In this document: one piece after another, positions 9,184-19,925 of the stretch
Layout of the letters: every line of letters starts with the position of its first letter
How positions within the stretch are numbered: position 1 is the first letter of the stretch
Source of the DNA: an uncultured Chloroflexia bacterium
Lineage (GTDB): Bacteria > Chloroflexota > Limnocylindria > Limnocylindrales > CSP1-4
Direction of reading: 5' to 3'
Assembly: GCA_963706695.1 (NCBI GenBank)
Contig: CAVPNC010000005.1
Coordinates: forward strand, 20,369 to 84,368
DNA length: 64,000 nt
Position numbers and translations under genes: made by a program
The notes under the pieces: model-generated
Databases searched by the model: none
What the model saw: only the letters and a program-made list of their open reading frames with translations
What the model was told of the DNA's origin: nothing

Positions 9184-10707
9184 ATGACCACCAGCGGCGG
9201 CCAGGGCGACCTGGCCGCCGAGCTGCGTGGCATCACCAAGCGCTTCGGCGACCTCGTCGCCAACGACACGGTGGACCTGGCCCTGGCCAAGGGCGAGGTC
9301 CACGCCCTGCTCGGAGAGAACGGCGCCGGCAAGACCACGCTGATGCGCATCCTCTACGGGCTCACCACCGCCGACGCCGGCACCATCGAGGTGGACGGCG
9401 CGCCGGTCACCATCCGTGCTCCGCGCGACGCCATCGCGGCCGGGGTCGGCATGGTCACCCAGCACTTCAGCCTGGTCCAGCCCATGACGGTCACCGAGAA
9501 CGTCATCCTGGGACGGGCCTCCGGTGCACGCCTCGACCTCGTCGCGGCGCGTCGCTCGGTCGAGGAGGCCGCCGACCGCTTCGGCATCGCCGTCCGACCA
9601 GACGCGGTCGTGGAGGACCTCTCGGTCGGCGAGCAGCAGCGCGTGGAGATCGTCAAGGCACTCGCGCGCGACTGCCGTGTGCTCATCCTCGACGAGCCCA
9701 CGGCCGTGCTCGTGCCGCAGGAGGTGGATGCCCTCTTCGGGACGCTGCGCCGTCTCATCGACGAGGGCCTCTCGGTCGTCTTCATCAGCCACAAGCTGGG
9801 CGAGGTTCGCGCCATCAGCGACCGCGTCTCGGTCATGCGCCGGGGCCAGATGGTCGGCACCGCGCCCGGAGATACCGATGAGCGGGAGCTGGCACGCATG
9901 ATGGTCGGCCGCCCCACCTTCGGCGTCGGCCGGCAGGAGCCGCTGTGGCACGACGGCGAGGCTCGCCTGCAGGTACGCGGCATCTCAGCCCGCGGCAGCC
10001 ACGGGCTGGGCGCCCTGCACGAGGTGGAGCTGGAGGTCCACGCCGGCGAGATCGTGGGTGTGGCCGGCGTCAGCGGCAATGGTCAGACGGAGCTGGCTGA
10101 GGTCCTCAGCGGCATGCGCCACGCGACCGCGGGCTCCATCACCGTCGACGGTCAGGAGCTGGCCAACAGCGGACCGCAGGTGGTCATGTCCGCAGGCGTG
10201 GGGCGCATCCCCGAGGATCGTCATGCCAGCCTCGTGCTGGACCTGCCCGTGTCGCTCAACCTCATCATGGAGCACATCGACGACTTCGCGCCCGGGGGCC
10301 GGTTGGACCGCAAGGCCATCGAGGCCCACGCCGAAGACCTCATCGAGCGCTACCGCATCAAGGCCCGGCCCGGGGACCGCGTGGCTACGCTCAGCGGCGG
10401 CAACATCCAGAAGGTGCTGCTGGCCCGGGTCCTCTCACGCGACCCCAAGGTGGTCATCGTCTCGCAGCCCACCCGAGGCCTCGACGTGGGCGCCAGCGAG
10501 TACGTGCGAGAGGAGCTGCTGGCACGCCGCGCGGAAGGCGCCGCCATCCTGCTGATGTCGGAGGACCTCGACGAGCTGGTGGGCCTGTCCGACCGCATCG
10601 TGGTCATCTACGAGGGGCGCATCGTGGGCCGGATCGAGGCGAGCGAGGCCGATCCCGAGCGCCTGGGCATGCTCATGGCCGGGCGCTCGATCGAGGCGCA
10701 GGCATGA
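9184..10707 (+). CDS. ABC transporter ATP-binding protein, duplicated ATPase (nucleoside/sugar type)
   Basis: 507 aa. Walker A GENGAGKTT, signature LSVGEQQ. The second half has LSGGNIQK and a degenerate P-loop GVSGNGQT. Confidence 0.9.
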   Translation: MTTSGGQGDLAAELRGITKRFGDLVANDTVDLALAKGEVHALLGENGAGKTTLMRILYGLTTADAGTIEVDGAPVTIRAPRDAIAAGVGMVTQHFSLVQPMTVTENVILGRASGARLDLVAARRSVEEAADRFGIAVRPDAVVEDLSVGEQQRVEIVKALARDCRVLILDEPTAVLVPQEVDALFGTLRRLIDEGLSVVFISHKLGEVRAISDRVSVMRRGQMVGTAPGDTDERELARMMVGRPTFGVGRQEPLWHDGEARLQVRGISARGSHGLGALHEVELEVHAGEIVGVAGVSGNGQTELAEVLSGMRHATAGSITVDGQELANSGPQVVMSAGVGRIPEDRHASLVLDLPVSLNLIMEHIDDFAPGGRLDRKAIEAHAEDLIERYRIKARPGDRVATLSGGNIQKVLLARVLSRDPKVVIVSQPTRGLDVGASEYVREELLARRAEGAAILLMSEDLDELVGLSDRIVVIYEGRIVGRIEASEADPERLGMLMAGRSIEAQA

Positions 10708-11864
10708 CGCTGGAGGCCCGGCGCATGGCCGAGAGCCGGCTCGGCCGCGCCGGCATGATCGCCCTCGGCGCCATCGTCACCATCCTGGCCGTCACCGGCG
10801 GCGCCTTCATCATCGCCGGGGCCAACCCGCTCGAGGCCTACACGGCCTACTTCATCACACCGCTGACCCGAGAGTTCACCCTGCTGGAGGTGCTCAACAA
10901 GGCCACGCCCATCCTCTTCACGGGGACGGCCGTGGCCATCGCCTTCCGGGCCGGCTACTGGAACATCGGCGTCGAAGGCCAGCTGCTCATGGGCGCGGTC
11001 GCAGCCGCCGGCATCGGCCAGGTGGTGGAGGGCTGGCCGACACTCATCGTGCTGCCGCTGATGGTCGGCGGCGGCGCGCTGGCGGGTGCCGCCTGGGCGC
11101 TGGTGCCGGCGCTGTTGCGCGTGAAGATGGGCATCGACGAGGTCGTGACCACGCTGCTGCTCAACCCGGTCGCGCTGCTGGTCGTGCAGGGCCTGCTCCA
11201 CGGACCGTGGAAGGATCCGGAGACCGGCTTCCCCGAGTCGCCGCGCATCGCAGCTGCAGCCGAGTTTCCACAGCTCTCCGAGTTCATCCCGCTCATCGGG
11301 CGCTCGCGTCTGCACCTCGGCTTCGTCATCGCCGTCATCCTCATCGTCATCGCCTGGTACGTGCTCAGCCGCACCTCGACCGGACTGCGCGTGCGGGCCG
11401 TGGGCCTCTCACCGCACGGTGCCCGCTTCGCCGGCATCAAGGTGGAGCGCACGCTCCTGCGCGTGGCCCTCGTCTCGGGCGCCATCGCCGGCGTGGCCGG
11501 TGTCAGCGAGGTCGCGGGCATCCAGTTCCGCCTGACCGAGGGCGTCTCGCCCGGCTTCGGCTACACCGGCGTGGTGGTGGCCATGCTCGGCGGCCTGACC
11601 ATGCCGGGCGTGCTGATCGCCGGACTCCTGCTGGGCGACCTCAGCGTGGGTGCCTCCTCCGCCGTGCGCTCGCTGCAGATCCCCAGCCAGGTCGGCGATG
11701 TCGTGCAGGGCACGCTCCTGCTGGTGGTCGTGGGCGCGGTGGCCATCTACCGCTGGCGCACGACGCGCGAGGACGACCGGCCGCCCGATGAAGGTGAGCC
11801 GGAGCCCGACGAACCGCCCCACAGACCCGAGGGCGCGGCACCGGTGGAGGAGCCGCCGACATGA
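10704..11864 (+). CDS. ABC transporter permease (BMP-type importer)
   Basis: 386-aa polytopic protein containing WNIGVEGQLLMGA. Overlaps both neighbours by 4 nt. Acidic, Pro-rich C-terminal tail. Confidence 0.85.
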   Translation: MTLEARRMAESRLGRAGMIALGAIVTILAVTGGAFIIAGANPLEAYTAYFITPLTREFTLLEVLNKATPILFTGTAVAIAFRAGYWNIGVEGQLLMGAVAAAGIGQVVEGWPTLIVLPLMVGGGALAGAAWALVPALLRVKMGIDEVVTTLLLNPVALLVVQGLLHGPWKDPETGFPESPRIAAAAEFPQLSEFIPLIGRSRLHLGFVIAVILIVIAWYVLSRTSTGLRVRAVGLSPHGARFAGIKVERTLLRVALVSGAIAGVAGVSEVAGIQFRLTEGVSPGFGYTGVVVAMLGGLTMPGVLIAGLLLGDLSVGASSAVRSLQIPSQVGDVVQGTLLLVVVGAVAIYRWRTTREDDRPPDEGEPEPDEPPHRPEGAAPVEEPPT

Positions 11865-12779
11865 TGTTCTTCGCCGATATCATCGCGGCCACCTTCCGCA
11901 ACGCCACGCCGCTCGTGTACGGCACCGTGGGTGAGACCTACACCGAACGCGCCGGGCGTGCTCAACCTGGGCGTCGAGGGCACGATGTACGCGGGGGCCT
12001 TCTTCGGCTTCGCCGTGGCCTATCAGACGGGTGACCCCCTGATCGGCCTGCTGGGCGCCGTCGTGGTGGGCCTCATCGCCGGTGCCTTGATGGCGCTGAT
12101 GACGGTGACCCTCGGTGCCAACCAGCACGTCAGCGGCCTGGGCCTGACCATCGTGCTCATCGGCCTCAGCGAGTTCGCCAACCGCATGCTCTTCACCGGC
12201 GGGTCCCTGCCACGCATCGAGCCCATGCCCCTGTGGGACCCGCTGGCCGACCTCGGCGGCCCGCTGGGCACCATCGCCAACCAGTACGGGCTGAGCTACG
12301 TGGCCTTCTTCCTCGTGGTACCGATCGCCTGGTGGGTGCTGATGAAGACGCCGCTGGGCCTGTCGATCCGGGCGGTCGGCGAGAACCCGGAGGCGGCGGA
12401 CGTGGCCGGCATCAACGTCTTCCGGGTGCGCTACGTCGCGCTCATGATCGGCGGCGCCCTCATGGCCGTCGGCGGGGCCTTCCTCACGCTCTCGGTGCTG
12501 GGGACCTTCACGCTGGACATCATCGCGGGGCGCGGCTGGGTGGTCATCGCCCTCGTCATCTTCGGGCGCTGGCGCATCTTCCGCGGCGTCCTGGGAGCGC
12601 TCATCTTCGCGGCCGTCTACTCGCTCGGCTTGCGCCTGCGGATCACGCCTGGCTTCGAGGACATCCCCAACGAGGTCATGCTGGCCCTGCCGTATCTCAT
12701 CGTCATCCTGGCCCTGGCCCTGTCCGGGCGCAACGTGCCCTACCCGGGCGCCTACCTCAAGCCGTATCGTCGGTCGTAG
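11861..12779 (+). pseudogene. second ABC transporter permease, reading frame broken by one extra base (or sequencing error)
   Basis: ATG 11861 overlaps the upstream stop (ATGA) and gives MMFFADIIAATFRNATPLVYGTVGETYTERAG. It then runs out of frame to a TGA at 12032. The conserved continuation VLNLGVEGTMYAGAFF... is in the frame of ORF 11931..12779. Deleting one G from the GGG run at 11954-11956 restores a continuous permease. Confidence 0.75.
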
Positions 12780-12800
12780 AGACCGACCAAGGAGGGAACC

Positions 12801-13247
12801 GTGGACGACCACGACTTCATGAAGATCGCCATCGACGAGGGGGCGCAGGGGCTGTCCGAGGGCGGCGTCCCCGTCGGGGCCGCGCTGGTCGCCGACGGCA
12901 AGGTGCTGGGCTCAGGGCACAACCGCCGCGTGCAGCAAGGTTCGGTCATCCGCCACGGCGAGACCGACTGCCTCGAGAACATCGGCCGGCTGCATGCCTC
13001 GGTCTACAAGCGAGCCACGATGTACACCACCCTCTCGCCCTGCGACATGTGCACGGGCGCCATCCTGCTCTACGGCATCCCGCGTGTGGTCATCGGCGAG
13101 AACCAGACCTTCATGGGTGGCGAGGACTACCTGCGCAGCCGCGGGGTGGAGGTCGTCAACCTCGACTCGCCCGAGTGCAAGGCCCTCATGTCCGAGTTCA
13201 TCGAGCGCTATCCCGACGTCTGGAACGAGGACATCGGCGAAGAATGA
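12801..13247 (+). CDS. cytosine/nucleoside deaminase (CDA-fold, yeast FCY1-like)
   Basis: 148 aa. Zinc motifs HGE (RHGETDC) and PCDMC. GTG start 21 nt after the permease stop. Confidence 0.85.
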   Translation: MDDHDFMKIAIDEGAQGLSEGGVPVGAALVADGKVLGSGHNRRVQQGSVIRHGETDCLENIGRLHASVYKRATMYTTLSPCDMCTGAILLYGIPRVVIGENQTFMGGEDYLRSRGVEVVNLDSPECKALMSEFIERYPDVWNEDIGEE

Positions 13248-13726
13248 CCGAGCCGGAGCGCATCGAACCGATCCGGAGCACGAGACCGATCGAGCCGGTG
13301 CGCAAGGAACGACTGCTGCCCATCGGGGTCGACGAGGCCTTCCGCCTGTTCACCGCGGAGATGGGCACGTGGTGGCCGCTGGCCACGCATTCGATCGCCG
13401 GTGACGAGGCCTCCGGCGTACGCTTCGAGGGGCGGCTCGGCGGCCAGGTCGTGGAGCTGAGCGCCGAGCAGGAGTACCCCTGGGCGGAGGTCACCACATG
13501 GGAGCCGCCAGCCCTCGTCGTGCTCAGCTGGCACCCGACCGTCGAGGTCGTGGCCGCGACCACCATCGAGGTCCGCTTCGAGCCGGTGCTCGACGGGACC
13601 AGGCTCTCTCTCGAACACCGCGACTGGGAGGCGTTCGGAGCAGGCCTGGGCGATGAGCTGCGCGCCGGCTACGAGCCCGGCTGGGACGTGGTGCTGGCGC
13701 CGTTCGAGGCCCGCGCGGCGCGGTAG
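13244..13726 (+). CDS. SRPBCC / AHSA1-like domain protein
   Basis: ATG 13244 overlaps the deaminase stop (ATGA). 160 aa with the typical pattern FTAEMGTWWP...GG.V.E..P...V.SW. The long upstream part of ORF 12233..13726 is a shadow frame. Confidence 0.7.
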   Translation: MTEPERIEPIRSTRPIEPVRKERLLPIGVDEAFRLFTAEMGTWWPLATHSIAGDEASGVRFEGRLGGQVVELSAEQEYPWAEVTTWEPPALVVLSWHPTVEVVAATTIEVRFEPVLDGTRLSLEHRDWEAFGAGLGDELRAGYEPGWDVVLAPFEARAAR

Positions 13727-13788
13727 CGGCCGCGACCCGGCCACCAGCGAGGCGCGCCGCGAGCCTGTGCCATAGTGGCGACACCACC

Positions 13789-16149
13789 ATGCTGTCGTCG
13801 ATCGTTCGCCGGTTCCCAGCCATCAGCCTGGCTCTCTGCCTCGCGCTCCTCACGCCCTCGCTGACGGTGTCCGTCGTGGCACAGGACGACGGCACCTGCG
13901 ACCGTGGCTGGGACGACGTGGAGCTGCGGGCGGATCTCGCGCCGGAGGGCGTCTTCGCCTTCGCGCCAGACGATCCGTGGATCGCCGGCGGGGCCATGCT
14001 TGGTGGCGGGCGGCGCGCCGCCGTGGTGCTCCGAGGCCTGGGTGATGACGCGGTGCTGGAGACGCCGCCGCCACCTGAAGAGCGCGACTCGGGCCTGATG
14101 GCCATCGCCTCCGCTGGGTCGGACGAGCCCATCTGGGCCGTCGGCTACGCGCGTGAGACGGACTACGTGGCGGCCTACCTCGCCCGCCGTGACGAGGATG
14201 GCTGGGGTCGCTCGGAGACGATCCAGCCCGATGGGTTCAACGCCGCGCTCACCGATGTCGACGCCTCCCCCGCACGCGGTGCGTGGGCGGCGGGCTTCCT
14301 GCAGGGTGAGCCCGGTGACCAACGACCGTGGGTGCTGGAACTGACCGAGGACGGCAAGACCGGCTCACGCCCTCCCCTCGCCGATGACGAGCGAGCCACG
14401 CTCGCGGGCATCTCCGTCAGCGACGCGGGTGGGGTCTGGGTCGTCGGCACGGCCCTCGCCGGCGCGCGCATGGAGCCGTATCTCGCACGCCGGGACGGCG
14501 ACGGCTGGGAGCGCATCGCCGACCTCGGGCTCGAGGGCGCAGCCCTGGCTGACATCGACGTCCCTGACGCTGACGCCGGCGCCGCCGTGGGACATCGGCT
14601 CGACGGCGCCACCATCCGGCCGCTGATCCTGGTCTGGGATGGCAGCCGCTGGGCGGAGCTGCCGCGACCGGACACCAGCGAGGACCCGACCCTGCTGACG
14701 AGCGTCTCGCTGATCGACGGTGTGCTCACCGTCGGCGGCTCGCGCTGGGATCGGGCCGCGGGACGGTACGCGCCACTGGTCGCCCGGCGCATCGATGACC
14801 GCTGGCAGGTCTCCGAGGCCCGCCGCGGCTGGGGCATGGGCACGATCACCGACATCAGCGGCGACCCGGGCCTCGACGGCTGGGTCGTGGGTCGCGTCGA
14901 TGAGGGCCTCGTGAGCCGTGTCTGCGAAGCGCCCTCCACCGTCGCCGCCACCGACACCACCGTCGATGTCCGGCCGGCCCCGGAGGATGTGACCGGCGTG
15001 CCGGAGCCGACACCGCTGAACGGGCCGGTGGTGGCCGTGGATGTGACCCAGGCGGCCGGCCTGCCCACCGAAAGCCAGACCTGGGGAGCCACGGCGGCCG
15101 ACTTCGATGGTGACGGACGTGACGACCTCTTCATCGGCCGCCATGGCGCCCGCGCGCAGCTGTACCTCAACGCGGGCGGCAGCTTCATCGACAGCGAGCT
15201 GAGGTTCGGTGGCGGGGACCGTCACGCCTGCGCCGCAGCGGACATCGACGGCAGTGGCCTGCCTGACCTCTACTGCGCCTTCGGGGCCTCCCGCGGGACC
15301 AGCACCAAGCACAACCAGCTCTGGCTTGACCCAGGCCGCACGGCCCTGCTGCACGAGTCGGCCGGCGGCGCCACCGAGCCGCTCGGGCGCGGGCGCCAGC
15401 CGCGCTTCTTCGACATCGACGAGGACGGCGACCTGGACCTCTTCATCGGGCAGGAGACCAAGCGCATGGACGGCCAGCCCTCGACCAACCGCGGCTACCT
15501 GCAGGTCGGCCCGGCCCGGTTCGAGGTCGCTGAGCTGGCGGGCATCGAGACCGGCCTCGCCACCGAAGCCATCGACGTCGCCGACTACGACGGCGACGGC
15601 CGCGAGGACGTGCTCTTCGTCTACTGGGACAAGCGCGCGCTGGCGCCGACCTCCGGGATCCGCCTCTACCGCAACGAACCGGGCAAGGCCTTCACGGACG
15701 TGACGGCCAAGGCAGGCATCGAGTCGATCGGCGAGCGCGACGCGGTCCTGGTCGACCTCGACGGCGACGGCCAGCTGGACCTGGTGCAGCTCTCACCCCG
15801 GAAGGTCGTCACGTCCCTGGGCCGGGACGGCCGCTTCGAGCGAGCCTGGGAGCGCGAGGTCTCGCAGGGCACCGCGCTCGCGGCCGGGGACGCCGACGGC
15901 GATGGCGACATCGACCTGTACGTGCTGCAGGGCAAGTCGGACGGCGGCGCGCACGACCTCATCCTGCGCAACGACGGCAAGGGGACCTCGTTCAGCACGA
16001 TCGACGTGCCGGAGGTGCGCGGCGGCAGCGAGGACGACGTCATCGCCCTCGACTACGACACGGACGGGCGGGCGGAGTTCCTCGCCCTCAACGGCCGCAA
16101 CAGCGTGAAGGGACCGCTCCAGCTGATCACGCTGGAGCCCGCGGACTAG
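13789..16149 (+). CDS. secreted FG-GAP/VCBS-repeat protein with an N-terminal propeller-like repeat region
   Basis: Signal-like N-terminus. At least seven Ca-binding-type FG-GAP cores (DFDGDGRDDLF, DIDGSGLPDLY, DIDEDGDLDLF, DYDGDGREDVLF, DLDGDGQLDLV, DADGDGDIDLYV, DYDTDGRAEFL). The N-terminal half has about 4 repeats of Y/L-x-ARRD-x-DGW-x-R. Confidence 0.8.
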   Translation: MLSSIVRRFPAISLALCLALLTPSLTVSVVAQDDGTCDRGWDDVELRADLAPEGVFAFAPDDPWIAGGAMLGGGRRAAVVLRGLGDDAVLETPPPPEERDSGLMAIASAGSDEPIWAVGYARETDYVAAYLARRDEDGWGRSETIQPDGFNAALTDVDASPARGAWAAGFLQGEPGDQRPWVLELTEDGKTGSRPPLADDERATLAGISVSDAGGVWVVGTALAGARMEPYLARRDGDGWERIADLGLEGAALADIDVPDADAGAAVGHRLDGATIRPLILVWDGSRWAELPRPDTSEDPTLLTSVSLIDGVLTVGGSRWDRAAGRYAPLVARRIDDRWQVSEARRGWGMGTITDISGDPGLDGWVVGRVDEGLVSRVCEAPSTVAATDTTVDVRPAPEDVTGVPEPTPLNGPVVAVDVTQAAGLPTESQTWGATAADFDGDGRDDLFIGRHGARAQLYLNAGGSFIDSELRFGGGDRHACAAADIDGSGLPDLYCAFGASRGTSTKHNQLWLDPGRTALLHESAGGATEPLGRGRQPRFFDIDEDGDLDLFIGQETKRMDGQPSTNRGYLQVGPARFEVAELAGIETGLATEAIDVADYDGDGREDVLFVYWDKRALAPTSGIRLYRNEPGKAFTDVTAKAGIESIGERDAVLVDLDGDGQLDLVQLSPRKVVTSLGRDGRFERAWEREVSQGTALAAGDADGDGDIDLYVLQGKSDGGAHDLILRNDGKGTSFSTIDVPEVRGGSEDDVIALDYDTDGRAEFLALNGRNSVKGPLQLITLEPAD

Positions 16150-16640
16150 CCGTTGCTCTCCTTGTCGAGGGCAGCCTGCAACTGGGCCTCGGTCTCGGCG
16201 TCGAGCGTGGTCTGGTAGACCTTGCCCTTGTACGGCTCGAGCGCACCGATGACGGCGGAGGGCGACTGTGAGTCACCGATGAGGAAGAGCGCCGACGTGT
16301 TCTCGGTCAGGTCGTCGGTGACGTCCTTGACCAGGTTCTTGTCCACGTTGTGGTGCAGCGACCGGCCGATGAAGCCGCCCGCGATGGCACCGAGGGCCAG
16401 GCCGGCGACAGGGAAGAAGACGAGCCCCAGGAGCAGGCCCAGCGCCCCGCCCAGGACGGCGCCTCCGGCGGTCGTGGTGTCCACGCCGTGATGGACATGG
16501 ACCTTGCCGTCCGCGTCCTTCTCGACCACGGCCATGTCGCTGATGCTGACACCGTGGCCCTTCTGCAGGCCCTTCATGCGTTCGGCTGCCTGTCCCGCCG
16601 TCTCGCGTGCCTCGAAGGTGATGACCAGTAGTTGGCTCAT
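16146..16640 (-). CDS. DUF1269-like membrane protein
   Basis: ATG 16640. 164 aa with a Gly-rich TM pair (GGAVLGGALGLLLGLVFFPVAGLALGAIAGGFIG) flanked by soluble domains. Its stop overlaps the convergent stop of the FG-GAP gene (CTAG). Confidence 0.75.
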   Translation of the reverse strand: MSQLLVITFEARETAGQAAERMKGLQKGHGVSISDMAVVEKDADGKVHVHHGVDTTTAGGAVLGGALGLLLGLVFFPVAGLALGAIAGGFIGRSLHHNVDKNLVKDVTDDLTENTSALFLIGDSQSPSAVIGALEPYKGKVYQTTLDAETEAQLQAALDKESNG

Positions 16641-16707
16641 GCGACTCACTCCCCTCTGGATTAGGCGCAGAGTGTACCCGCTGGCAGCCGCTCGACCAAC
16701 ACCGAGC

Positions 16708-17300
16708 TCAGGTCCGTTCGAGCACGACCTCGTTGACGGCGCCATCGACGATGGTCCAGGCGCGCAGCTCGGGCGGCTCGGTGGCGAAGGACGCCAGCAG
16801 ATAGATGGCCTCGGGAAAGGCCGCCAGGCCGATGTCCGTGGGTGAGGGATACGGGGGCGAGGCCACGTGCGAGTGGACGATGGCCCAGACGACCTCGTCC
16901 TGCTCATCGAGCTCTTCGAGCAGCTCCAGCTGCTCCATCGGGTCCATCAGGTAGCGGTAGGGCGACTCGGCCACGTTGCGCATGCCCACGAAACGGTTGG
17001 GCACGCCGCCGTCCTCGGCCACGCGGTCGGCTACCAGCACGCCGCAGCCCTCGTTGGGCGCAGCCGAGCGCAGCCACGCCACGACGTCATCGCGGATGGG
17101 CGCCGGGATCCGAGCCGAGGCGGGTACCCAGGGTGGGCCTGCACCCTGTGGGCCGGAGCCGGCGGCGCGCGCGCGGGCGGCGGCACCGGTGTCCGCCGCG
17201 CGCTGCCAGTCATCGACCCGGGGCACGACCTCGCTGTCTCCGACCAGGGCCGGCTCCCCGGTCGAGGAGAGCACCTCCGGCGCGTGCGGGCGCTCGTCGT

Positions 17301-17307
<7 letters not shown>
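16708..17307 (-). CDS. mec: JAMM/MPN+ metalloprotease (Mec-like)
   Basis: JAMM motif HSHVASPPYPSPTD with an upstream Glu (NEGCGVL). The GTG start overlaps the cysM stop (GTGA). About 70-aa N-terminal extension relative to typical Mec proteins. Confidence 0.8.
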
Positions 17308-18320
<1,013 letters not shown>

Positions 18321-18330
18321 GAGGACCTCG

Positions 18331-18606
18331 CTAGCGGCCCCCGGCCATGGCGGGCAGGAGGATGACCTCGTCGTTCTCCCCCACCGGGGTCGCGAGCTCC
18401 TGCTCGTAGCGCACGTCACGCCCGTTGACGTAGACGTTGACGAAACGGTTGAGCGTTCCGTCCTCGGTGAAGACCTGCTCGCGCAGCCCGGGGAACTGCT
18501 CGAGCAGCGACTCGAGGGCCTCGCCCACCGTGGTGCCGGTGACCTCCACCTTCTTCTGGTTGCCGGCCTGCGCACGCAGGACCGGCGGGATGCGGACTGC
18601 GGTCAT
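18331..18606 (-). CDS. cysO: ThiS/MoaD-family sulfur-carrier protein (CysO-like), C-terminus ...AMAGGR
   Basis: 91-aa beta-grasp-like sequence ending in Gly-Gly-Arg-stop. 4-nt overlap with the upstream E1 gene. Confidence 0.85.
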   Translation of the reverse strand: MTAVRIPPVLRAQAGNQKKVEVTGTTVGEALESLLEQFPGLREQVFTEDGTLNRFVNVYVNGRDVRYEQELATPVGENDEVILLPAMAGGR

Positions 18607-19790
18607 GCGTTCACCCCCGTCGTGGCAGCTGGTGTCGTTGGCAGGACGAAGACGCCGTCATCCGCGGCGGGCCGGGGCAGCTCCCCTTCGCCGCAGGCCG
18701 GGCACTTCGGGTCGCGCTGGAGCTGGAGCTCGCTGAAGGCTCCATCGAGCGCGTCGTAGATGAGCAGGCGGCCCGCGAGCGAGTCGCCGATGTCGAGCAG
18801 GACCTTGAGGCCCTCGGTCGCCTGCAGCAGGCCCATCACGCCGGGCACGACGCCAAGCACGCCGGCGACCGAACAGCCGGGCGCCAGCTCAGGCGGCGGT
18901 GGCGTGGGATAGAGGCAGCGATAGCAGGGACCCTCGTAGGGCTTGAACACGGTCAGCTGGCCCTCGAAGCGGAAGACCGACGCGTGCACCACCGGGATGC
19001 CCGCCCTGACCGCGGCATCGTTGAGCACGTAGCGCGTCTCGAACGTGTCCGTGCCATCGAAGATGAGGTCGTAGCCGTCGATCAGCTCTTCCACGTTATC
19101 CGGGCCCAGCATGACCTCGTGGGCCACCACCGTCACATCCGGGTTGAGGTCGGTGATGGTCATCTCGGCCGACTCCACCTTGCGCATGCCGACGCGGTCG
19201 GTGCGGTGGACGATCTGGCGCTGCAGGTTGGAGGCATCGACCACGTCGAAGTCGACGATGCCGATGGTGCCCACGCCGGCCGCAGCCATGTAGAGCATGG
19301 CCGGGGAGCCCAGCCCGCCGGCGCCGATGAAGAGCACCCTGGAGTCGAGCAGGCGGGCCTGGCCCTCCGCGCCGACCTCGGGGATGAGCAGGTGGCGCGA
19401 GTACCGCTGCTTCTGCTCCTGGGTCAGCACACGCGGCTGCTGCCACGAGCGACCCTCGGACTTCCAGGCCTGGTACCCGCCGGCCATGGAGCTGACGTTC
19501 TGGTAGCCCATGCGCACCAGCGTCTGGCTGGCGAAGAGCGAGCGGATGCCGCCGGCGCAGTAGACCACGACGGGCGCGGCACGATCGGGCACGAGGCCTT
19601 CGATGTCCTGTTCGATGTACGACTTGGAGAGGTGCGCGGCGCCGGTGATATGGCCCTGCTCCCACTCGCTGTCCTCGCGACAGTCGATGATGGTCGCGCC
19701 TTGGGCGAGGGCGGCCTCGGCCTGCGCCGTGGTCACCTCGTTGACCGCTGCTCGCGCCTCGGCGAGGAGGTCCCGGTAGGTCTTGGTCAT
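18603..19790 (-). CDS. moeZ: rhodanese-ThiF/MoeB fusion (sulfur-carrier adenylyltransferase/sulfurtransferase, MoeZ-like, inverted domain order)
   Basis: Residues ~1-115 form a rhodanese domain with active-site loop CAGGIRS. The rest is an E1 domain with GAGGLGSP nucleotide loop, NLQRQ, and CxxC pairs (CYRC, CPAC). Confidence 0.85.
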   Translation of the reverse strand: MTKTYRDLLAEARAAVNEVTTAQAEAALAQGATIIDCREDSEWEQGHITGAAHLSKSYIEQDIEGLVPDRAAPVVVYCAGGIRSLFASQTLVRMGYQNVSSMAGGYQAWKSEGRSWQQPRVLTQEQKQRYSRHLLIPEVGAEGQARLLDSRVLFIGAGGLGSPAMLYMAAAGVGTIGIVDFDVVDASNLQRQIVHRTDRVGMRKVESAEMTITDLNPDVTVVAHEVMLGPDNVEELIDGYDLIFDGTDTFETRYVLNDAAVRAGIPVVHASVFRFEGQLTVFKPYEGPCYRCLYPTPPPPELAPGCSVAGVLGVVPGVMGLLQATEGLKVLLDIGDSLAGRLLIYDALDGAFSELQLQRDPKCPACGEGELPRPAADDGVFVLPTTPAATTGVNA

Positions 19791-19925
19791 CGGGGGTGTG
19801 ACTCCGTGGTGGATCGACTCGGGCGGTCGATGGGGATGGTTCGGTCGGTGCTCAGGCGCCGGCGACGATGGCCGGCCCTCGACACTCGCAAGATCCCCCG
19901 CAGTCCACCCCGAGCAGCTCGTGGG

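Noticed and set aside
8124-9350. 408-aa minus-strand ORF antisense to the BMP-binding protein gene
   Set aside because: Shadow frame with a low-complexity Gly/Asp/Val/Arg composition.
12233-13243. Upstream 337 codons of ORF 12233..13726
   Set aside because: Arg/Pro/Gly-rich, and it overlaps the permease and deaminase genes. Only the last 160 codons, from ATG 13244 (ATGA-coupled), look like a real SRPBCC protein.
18321-18575. N-terminal extension of the cysM ORF across cysO
   Set aside because: The extension is Arg/Ser/Pro-rich and overlaps the well-supported cysO frame. GTG 18320 with a GAGG RBS gives a normal-length CysM.
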